From Heterodontus francisci (taxonomy: Eukaryota): a DNA stretch of 64,000 bases. Location: positions 4,999,492 to 5,063,491 of the forward strand of contig NC_090418.1 in the NCBI RefSeq assembly GCF_036365525.1, given 5' to 3'. Positions within the stretch are counted from its first letter, which is position 1. Each line of letters begins with the position of its first letter. Made by a program: the position numbers and the translations under genes. Shown piece after piece: positions 58,101-64,000 of the stretch. The notes under the pieces were generated by a model. The model saw only the letters and a program-made list of their open reading frames with translations, had not been told where the DNA came from and did not search any database.

Positions 58101-60540
58101 CAAAACATTGTATGTTTTCAAGGAGTTAGATATAGCTCTTGGATCTAAAGGGATCAAAGGGTATGGGGCGAAAGTGGGAACAGGCTACTGAGTTGGATGA
58201 TCAGCCATGATCATAATGAATGGCGGAGCAGGGCCGAATGGCCTACTCCTGCTCCTATTTTCTATGTTTCTAGTAGCAGCCCTCCTGCAGGCTCCAATAA
58301 GAGCTGTTCATTGTGACCTATGTGTCAGCTCCTTGAGTGTTACTGGAACATTGAATTCTCCCAGAGATCATCTGCACAGCAATCAAGTAAAAGTTTTCTG
58401 TTCAAATCATTCTCAGGATGTGGGTGCTGCTGGCAAAACTGGCATTTATTGTCCATCCCAGTTGCCCTGAGGTGGTTGTGGGCCTTCTGTTTGAACTGAG
58501 CTTATCTCTGTCCTATCCAACACTCGCTGTCATGGTTTGAGGGGAGGGATTTGGTCAGTGATCAGGAGCAGGACCCCTGGTCGATCTGTCTTCCCCAATC
58601 CAAGGGTGCTAATATCCAACCTCCAGTTGGAGCCCACCTTAAACAGCTGTATCTTGAGATGCGGGAAAAGGGGACAGTTGAATCGGAATCTTACTTGTTT
58701 TTTCCTCTTTCACCTTCCAGGACTAAATGAAGAGCTGTCTTTAGACACGATCTTTCTGCCCATCGTTTCTAGGTTGGATCACCGAGCTATGTACCCTGCC
58801 AAGCACAACAACACACTGGTCTCCATTTTGGCTCATGGAGGACTATCATCCAGACAGCTCTCCCAAGTTAACACGGACAGTGCAGATAGCTCCTCGCCTT
58901 CTCCTGGTAAATGTTCCTTCCAGCTCTCTTCCCTCCTCCTTCTCCTCTCCTGAAGGCGCCAACTCTCACTTGGTACCTCATTTCAGTCTCCAATCTTCAT
59001 TTGTTAGCCTAGAACTCCAAAGAATGTACAGCACAGAAAAAGGCTATTTGGCCCAACTGGTCTATGCCATTGTTTATGCCATGAGCCTCCTCCCACTCGA
59101 CTTCATCTCGCCCTATCAGCATATCCTCTATTCCTTTCTCCCTCATGTGTTTTTCCAGCTTCCCCTTCAATGCATCTATGCTATTCAGCTCAGCCATTCC
59201 TTGTGGTAGTGAGTTCCACATTCTTCCTACTTTCTGGGTAAAGAAGTTTCTCCTGAATTTCCTATTGGATTTATTAGTGACTGTCTTATATTGATGGCCC
59301 CTAGTTCTGGTTTCCCCCAGAAGTGGAAACATCTGTCTTCCCCATTGAACTCCTTCATAATTTTAAAGACCTCTATCAGGGCACCACTCATCCTTCTCTT
59401 ATCCAGAATAAAGAGCCCCAGTCTGTTTAGTTGAGAGATTAAGTGAGGTAGAAAGGGACTGAATTGGATCAGTCATACTTCCAGCCAGGGGAGTTAAATA
59501 GAGACTGCAATTCATTGCTGGCCAAGCTTTTCCACAATGCCTTAGTGAGTTTAACTTGTAAATTGCTGAGGCCGGGAAAGTTGCAAGTCTGATTCCTGGT
59601 CGGTGCAGAGTCAACTGAGGCAGTGGCAGGAGCATGGAATTGGTCTCAGTAAACTTGAGCTCATCCAAAACTCTGCAGCCCGTATACTAACTCATTATCA
59701 AGTCCTTTTCACCCATCAGCCCTGTGCTTGCTGATCTACGTTGGCTCCCCGTCCAGCAATGCCTAATAATTTAAAACTGTCATCATTGTGTTCAAATTCC
59801 TCCATGGCCTCGCCCTTCCCGATCTCTCTCCAGTCTTGCAACTCCTGAGATCTCTGCACTCGTCCAATTTTGGCCTTTTCATTGGTGGTCATGAGCTCTG
59901 CAATTCCCTCCCTAAACCTCTGCCTCTTAGTCCTCCTTAAAAACCTAGCTGTTCAATCAAGCTTTTGATCACCTGTCCTAATACTTTCCTATGCGGCTCG
60001 TTGTCCAATTTTGTCCGATAACCCCTCTGAAGTGCCTTGGGATGTTTTGGTATGTTAAAGGCGCTAAATAAATGTAAGCTGGTGTTGCTAAGAGCATGCA
60101 ATTGTCCTTAGCAGATCTGGGCTAGAGCAGAAAATCACTGCCACCTTTTTATTTATTCATGGGTTTGAACATTGCTGGCAAGGCCAGCATTTATCGCACA
60201 TTCCTAATTGTCCTTGAAAAGGTGGTGGTGAGCCGCCTTCTTGAACCATTGAAGTTCGTGTGGTGTGGGTACACCCACAGTGCTGTTAGGGTGGGAGGTC
60301 TGGGATTTTGACGCAGCGACAGTGAAAACTAAACCAACAATACAAAGAAAGGAAAATAGATTCAACAGTTTTTATTTAAAGTACAAATTATTGATTTGCT
60401 TATTGGTAGATGACATTCTCAGATCTGCGGCAGGCCTGGAGGAAATGCTGTTCATCTTTGTCCTTGACATCTGCAACCAAGGAGGTACCAGTGTTGAAGT
60501 TGCTCTCAATCGTGCCTACGTCCAGCACACAACTCTCTGA
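18537..60540 (+). CDS. RADX: RADX-like (RPA-related OB-fold ssDNA-binding protein, CXorf57 family), 15 coding exons, about 888 aa: join(18537..19131,21672..21817,22722..22905,33175..33283,38343..38434,44406..44549,48870..48983,50043..50216,51896..52029,52852..52997,53472..53561,55194..55294,56525..56845,58721..58906,60410..60540)
   Basis: GT-AG introns with consistent phases giving a 2667-nt open frame. Blocks match recalled human RADX: PVFVLSVERY, YDLSLTDG, YYLPLW..YGEAW, VRILRK..FGRPD, VADKSGSVTVVLWNSLC.DWY, CDIIGLVTFVGR, YRWVHLIDGT..PFVLKLFSTSQPEI, KVKEFIQWI, IGGCYSFPPLP, LEYRE...VQGRIT, VTILGLN, LDICNQG...VEVALNRAY. Confidence 0.88.
21672..21817 (+). CDS. RADX: RADX-like exon 2
   Basis: tacgcag| GSRSIDLRQLE...VIVRILRKCRLYHFGRPDRYSECPFQ |gtaaat. 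Confidence 0.88.
22722..22905 (+). CDS. RADX: RADX-like exon 3
   Basis: cccatag| AKFLVADKSGSVTVVLWNSLCMDWY...KEPVL |gtactg. Confidence 0.88.
23025..23156 (+). mobile_element. Penelope-derived short element with 13-bp TSD
   Basis: TSD taaggttccctct at 23012-23024 and 23157-23169; begins at a degenerate hammerhead core CTGATGA..(T)AAACGTT. Confidence 0.7.
23985..24400 (-). mobile_element. Deu-domain SINE (SacSINE1-like)
   Basis: Same family as 4805-5270. Confidence 0.72.
24425..24970 (-). mobile_element. RTE-clade LINE 3' fragment
   Basis: Translation QRQLRWIGPVHTMEDSRIPKDLLYGEV.GARRPAGRPKLRFKE, the RTE/BovB ORF C-terminus. Confidence 0.8.
27189..27572 (+). mobile_element. Young full-length HE1-type SINE inserted in CR1 ORF2
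   Basis: Intact A box and B box (ggttcgattcc), duplicated 21-nt 5' end, (ctaat)n tail. Confidence 0.9.
29636..29878. mobile_element. Palindromic Penelope-derived insertion with 15-bp TSD, inside CR1 ORF1
   Basis: 87-bp inverted arms 29680-29766 and 29793-29879 with 2 mismatches; TSD acttcctacacacat at 29621-29635 and 29879-29893. Confidence 0.85.
29778..29820 (+). ncRNA. Minimal type I hammerhead ribozyme-like motif (U4C variant)
   Basis: cagtgtt-CCGAAGA-agggtc.act.gacct-GAAA-CGTT-aactctg: stem I 6/7 paired, stem II hairpin, palindromic ACGT stem III as in Penelope-type minimal hammerheads. Confidence 0.45.
33175..33283 (+). CDS. RADX: RADX-like exon 4
   Basis: gtttccag| ELNLNPRNPAAELTVINARNIREEWQLPALQYCFATR |gtagca; recalled human [37 protein letters not shown]. 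Absent from the ORF track. Confidence 0.88.
33345..34870 (+). mobile_element. Degenerate CR1 LINE (RT to 3' end)
   Basis: Decayed RT motifs; C-terminal LIEVFK..RG.DRVD..KL.PL.GESRTRG. Confidence 0.8.
34975..37010 (+). mobile_element. Internally deleted CR1 LINE interrupted by the 35184-36025 insertion
   Basis: VTSGVLQGSVLGPQLFTIYINDL; same subfamily as the minus-strand CR1 at 30235-32905. Confidence 0.8.
35184..36025. mobile_element. Unclassified GC/CpG-rich non-coding insertion, 842 bp, 10-bp TSD
   Basis: TSD aaggcagaag at 35174-35183 and 36026-36035; subterminal 17-bp inverted repeats 35191-35207 and 36001-36017 with 2 mismatches. Confidence 0.7.
38343..38434 (+). CDS. RADX: RADX-like exon 5
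   Basis: ggtgcag| KELSELRSGDLCDIIGLVTFVGRQERIRNK |gtatgt. Confidence 0.9.
38452..43795. repeat. About 31-bp C-rich minisatellite, about 5.3 kb (RADX-like intron 5)
   Basis: Unit ccaggcacctgtcaccccctgctcctccctc with recurring variants; source of the 1160-aa spurious ORF. Confidence 0.95.
43972..44324 (-). mobile_element. Young full-length HE1-type SINE
   Basis: Near-identical reverse complement of 27210-27566. Confidence 0.9.
44406..44549 (+). CDS. RADX: RADX-like exon 6
   Basis: ttttgcag| ERSEEFLVYRWVHLIDGTASEPFVLKLFSTSQPEIQAQLSPCSMADNT |gtaaga; the 3' boundary may be 21 nt earlier. Confidence 0.85.
45040..47975 (+). mobile_element. CR1 LINE (5'-truncated ORF2) split by a solo LTR
   Basis: GFMKGKSCLTNL, KFADDTKLGG and LVRPHLEYCVQFWS motifs; CR1 3' tail. 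Confidence 0.85.
45285..46196. mobile_element. Solo LTR, same family as 10753-11751
   Basis: (C)GTTACGA...TCATAACA termini; 4-bp TSD AAAG at 45281-45284 and 46197-46200; shared blocks ggagtgcactgtcttt and atactttggccaa. Confidence 0.8.
48870..48983 (+). CDS. RADX: RADX-like exon 7
   Basis: catttaag| VTFLVCTNVRVECKVIDPCGQTTFPYLLTTEYSQVYVN |gtacgt; an alternative in-frame donor lies at 48995. Confidence 0.82.
50043..50216 (+). CDS. RADX: RADX-like exon 8
   Basis: cctttag| GYHQGKLYVKNPKVKEFIQWI...IGGCYSFPPLP...HEIL |gtgagg. Confidence 0.88.
50680..51730 (+). mobile_element. Degenerate CR1 LINE fragment
   Basis: YKSREVMLELYETLLRLQLEYYVQFWS motif. Confidence 0.75.
51896..52029 (+). CDS. RADX: RADX-like exon 9
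   Basis: tttctcag| GGSPLTSMSELKQILNQLEYREYRQVTVQGRITSVKYRSLGEVDE |gtaatg. Confidence 0.88.
52225..52630 (+). mobile_element. Deu-domain SINE (SacSINE1-like)
   Basis: Same family; further copies near 395-590, 19230-19560, 20055-20390, 44645-44810, 50300-50560 and 62060-62445. Confidence 0.7.
52852..52997 (+). CDS. RADX: RADX-like exon 10 (poorly conserved linker)
   Basis: tttttccag| EVPVLQSADACC...PVIPVL |gtgaga; supported by splice sites and phase only. Confidence 0.7.
53472..53561 (+). CDS. RADX: RADX-like exon 11 (basic NLS-like QKRKRK)
   Basis: tttcaccag| SRTPLGTEAGLSSQKRKRKCVTHGKKQAAS |gtaaca; phase 2-2; NAGNAG acceptor. Confidence 0.6.
54465..55100 (+). mobile_element. CR1 LINE 3' fragment
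   Basis: KAYRILGCINRGTEYK...RRFTRMVPGL motif and CR1 3' end. Confidence 0.7.
55194..55294 (+). CDS. RADX: RADX-like exon 12 (linker)
   Basis: tttgatctag| RLSKGTESSGEEETTAHHPRTHTKDINSGGSPGQ |gtttga; needed to convert phase 2 to phase 1. Confidence 0.6.
56525..56845 (+). CDS. RADX: RADX-like exon 13
   Basis: ttctttaaag| DLSFIKAC...VARSFRF...LQPSSF...GYYIVTIL |gtaaag. Confidence 0.85.
57590..58270 (+). mobile_element. CR1 LINE 3' fragment (same subfamily as 25346-30234)
   Basis: EGVQRRFTRLIPG...ESRTRGHSL; near-identical 3' UTR. Confidence 0.8.
58721..58906 (+). CDS. RADX: RADX-like exon 14
   Basis: ccttccag| GLNEELSLDTIFLP...SSSPSP |gtaaat; recalled human GLNHEIAIDVAFLP. Confidence 0.85.
59010..59430 (-). 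mobile_element. CR1 LINE 3' fragment
   Basis: FPLLGETRTRGH...RRNFFTQKV.RMWNSLP. Confidence 0.75.
59670..60085 (+). mobile_element. L2-clade LINE 3' fragment
   Basis: cccatcagccctgtgcttgctgatctacgttggctccccgtc... and tail aaaggcgctaaataaatg. Confidence 0.65.
60410..60540 (+). CDS. RADX: RADX-like exon 15 (stop)
   Basis: ttggtag| DDILRSAAGLEEMLFIFVLDICNQGGTSVEVALNRAYVQHTTL*; recalled human [37 protein letters not shown]. Confidence 0.88.
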
Positions 60541-63500
60541 ACGATTCAGGCCTTTTATTGTTTTCCCAGCTGTATTCGCCCGGACTGGATCAGATGGAGT
60601 TCTGGATCACAATGGAATTTTAAATTATGTTAATGCTGTTTTCTTTCTGGACTTCTAAAAAGAAAAATTATGTTTCTGTTCCTATGGAACTGTATCAGTC
60701 TCTGTCATCTCTTCCCAATAGAAATGTGAATAGAGACACTTACTCCCACCCACCCTTTCCTGGAAAACTGAGACTTGGGTGTTTGATGGGACCGTGTAGA
60801 GGGAGCTTTACTCTGTATCTAACCCATGCTGTATTTGGCCCTCACTTGCCTGGAGAGAGGTGTTCATTCCGCAGCATTACCTCAGTAGGGCAAAATTTGA
60901 TAAGTTTTTCATAATCTCTCTGCCAGAGGCCTGATGAGTGAAGAGACTGTACTGACACATAACTGAGTGAAAGCCCAGGTTTCATTCCTGGCATGTGCTG
61001 AGTTGGCTGATCTGACCAACTGACTCAGGATAGGTCCAGTATCACAGTGGTAGAGACTCCAGAGGAGAAAAATTATGTATTTTTTAAGAAACTTGTTTAT
61101 CTTGGACAAATTGAGGCTCCTTGTAGCAAATGTGTTTGGTTTATATTTATTATTTGTTTCACAACCAGCTCAAACAACTTGGAAGAAAAAAATTATGTTG
61201 AGAAAGTTAAATCTAATTTAATTTTAATGGGGGGGGGAGCAGAATGTTTGTTTTGAAGTCTGTATTTTGCTCCAACCAGAGAATTGAGTCATTTGCTTAT
61301 GTAAATCAACTATTTTTTACGCTGACTGGTTAGATTGTAAAATAATTGGAACAGAGATCAGGTGGTCTGATTGGTTAGAGAAAATAATCAAGTTGGGTGG
61401 CAGGTGGGTTATTAAGTTGAGCAGCAGGTCAACACCTGTCTATCAGGCTGGTAAGTTCACCAATTGGTGGTGTCTTGTCAGACTGTGGAGTCTTGCTGTG
61501 CAGTGTTTATATGTGGGTGGGGGGAGCGCAGGGAGCGGGACTGTGTTTTCTGCTGGGAGCTTGCCGTTTAGATTTGTTTTTTCCTGATTTTTCTGCCTGT
61601 TTCATAACCATCTGATTATAAATCCAGTTTTCAAAGTTGCTATTGGTATGTTTCAGCCCCAAGTGCTCCATCTGGTCTCCCCGCCCCCATCTCTGAGGTC
61701 CGGTGGAAAACTCTTACATGCTCTCAAGTACAGAAAATACACTGAGTGCGCAAAAGGTCAACTTGCTGCATTTTTTTTGGAGCGGGTGTTTGTTGGTGTT
61801 GCTTTATTGCACTTCTCCTGAGTTGTGCCCAAGTCTGATTTCCTGAGGGGCTATGCAGTATGGAGGGCCGCATGCTGAGGTTGATGCTGTTCCCACACAA
61901 AATTGAGTAATGCTAAACTCTTCCCATGCCCCCTCCTTACTTTATGGAACGATTTGTATCCCTCCTTAATTGCTGCCTGAATTGCAATCACCAACCCAGA
62001 AATACAAGAGATCAAGAGGGGGTGGGCTGGGGCTTCTGTGTTGCTGGCCATAGCCTACTGGGTAGTACTCGTACCTTAGAGTCAGACGGTTGTGGGTTCA
62101 AGTCCCACTCCAGAGAACTGAGCACAAAATGGCTGACACTCCCAGTGCAGTATTGATGGAGTGCTACACTGGCAAAACTGAGGCCCAGGCTGCCCTGTCA
62201 GATGGATGTAAAAGATCCTGTGGAATAGGGATGTTCTCCCAAGTGTCATGGCCAGTACTTATTTCTCCCCAACATTGCTTATGAAAAATATTATCTGGTC
62301 TTTATTTCATTGCTGTGTGTGGGAGCTTGCTGTGTGTAAATTGCCTGTTTCCTATGTTACAACAGTGATTACATTTCAAAAGTACGTTGTTGACGGAGAA
62401 GTGCTTTGGGAATGGCCTGAGGTCATGAAAGATGGTGGCTGAGTGCATGGTCTTGCCTTTTCCAATGGATTAGCCTGTGCTCCATCCTTGGTAGTTTACC
62501 TGAGGAAGGAGAGTTTGCTGCCTTCTGGCATCATAGCAGAGTTTCTGGAGTCCGCTATTCCTGGTGAGAGTATTAACGAATTGGTATAGAATCATTCTGA
62601 CTTTAAAAAAAGACTGTACATTGAAAGGTTACTTAAACAAGAAACTATTTTGATAAAAGTTTGTACATCTTGACCCAAGTTAATCCTTCATTGTTTAGTT
62701 CCAGACTGAGTGAAGCAGATCCAAATGAAGCAGTGCAAAAATTAATGAGCATCAATCTGCGAAAAGTGAGAATAGAAAGAGAAATGGGGACTGGTGCTGG
62801 GTGATCGCAGTGTCCCACAAGGTTCCTTCTTTGATTGTTATAAACTGGCTCATGCTGGAAGGTTTGCAGGTGTTGGCAGCGAGTGTGGACAGGGCTGTGA
62901 CCAAACAGACCTGACAACATTGTCATTGACCAACCATTAACTATATTGACAGCTGTGGCTCAGTGGGTAGTACTCTCACCTTAGAGTCTGAAGTTGTAGC
63001 TTTAAGTCCTGCTCCAGAGACTTGATCACAAAATGCAGGTTATCAGTCAGTGCATTCAGTACTGAGGGAGTGTTTTGCACTAGTGAAGGGGCAGAAAGAT
63101 GATTGGCTTAAAGCAAGGAATCTGTATTGCCTCTGTTGCTGCATCTACTGACCTTCACTCCACACCTTGTGCTATTAACAAATGCCCCATCAGCACACAA
63201 GTAGATGCTTGTGAAAGGACATTTCCCAGCACTATGCTTCAGGTTTGTGGTGAAATTCCTCTTTTTGTTGCAGATATTAATCACTTGCACTCCTAAGAGA
63301 CATCCTAATGAATTCTCTTCATTCTTGACTTTATTCTCCCAATGGCTGGGAATGAGCAGCAATGTAATGGCTCTGCTAATCCCTGGCTCTGAGGGGGTGG
63401 GAGAGAGAGATTGGGCTGGACTGGAGGTGGAGCAGAAGAGAGTGGCGAGACAGAGAGGGAGAGACTGGGGAAGAGAATGGGAAAAGAAGTGGGGTAGAGT

Positions 63501-64000
63501 GTGTAGGGAAGAGGAAGAGCTAGGGTGAGGAAATGGGGCAAGTGGGGGAGAGTGTGGGGCGGAGAGGCATTGGGGAGAGAGTAAGGGGAGAAAATGAGTG
63601 GGGAAGCAGAGGGGTGAATGGAGGTGAAAGGAAAGAGTGGGAAGAGGGAGAGCACAAAGGGCTGAAGTTGTTGGGGGAGAGTGTGTAAGCAGGGGAGTGT
63701 GTGCAGAGAGAGGGGTCGAAAAGTTTGAGAGTGTGGGGAGAGAGAGTGCAGTAGAAATGGAGTGGGGGAAGAGTGTGGAGGCAAGGAGAGACCATGAGGG
63801 GCCTGGGAATCTCTCTCCATACTTGTGAATATTTAGCAGAGAAGCAACATACTGCGGCCACTAGAAATCAGAAGTAAAAATAGAAAACACTCAGGTCAGG
63901 CAGCATCTGTGGAGGCACAAAGAGTATGTTGCATCTGGGTATATATCTTATAATATATCTAACATAACAGTTCACTATGTTAATAAAACCCAGGAACAAG

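Noticed and set aside
63390-63800. Purine-rich tract and its 171-aa Pro/Leu/Ser antisense ORF
   Set aside because: Low-complexity GA-rich sequence with no splice or homology support.

Overview
Eukaryotic (vertebrate) genomic DNA, almost certainly from a shark: it carries HE1-type tRNA SINEs, SacSINE1/Deu-domain SINEs, CR1/L2/RTE LINEs and Penelope-derived short elements. Three spliced genes can be reconstructed by hand. (1) A complete, intact 7-exon TMEM95 on the minus strand (17109..4586, 190 aa), the IZUMO-fold sperm protein required for sperm-egg fusion in mammals. The ORF track shows only its exon 1. (2) A complete 15-exon RADX-like gene on the plus strand (18537..60540, 888 aa), head-to-head with TMEM95. 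It is probably a second, mammal-lost RADX paralog on the chr17p13-like segment. (3) The 43-nt signal-peptide exon and muscle-type promoter of a nicotinic acetylcholine receptor subunit resembling Torpedo gamma (CHRNE/CHRNG) on the minus strand (986..944); the rest of that gene lies left of the window. Introns hold a nested full-length CR1, two solo LTRs with 4-bp TSDs, a palindromic insertion with a minimal hammerhead-ribozyme motif, an unclassified CpG-rich 842-bp insertion, and 2-kb and 5.3-kb minisatellites that generate the long spurious ORFs. All homology calls come from recalled protein sequences, not database searches.
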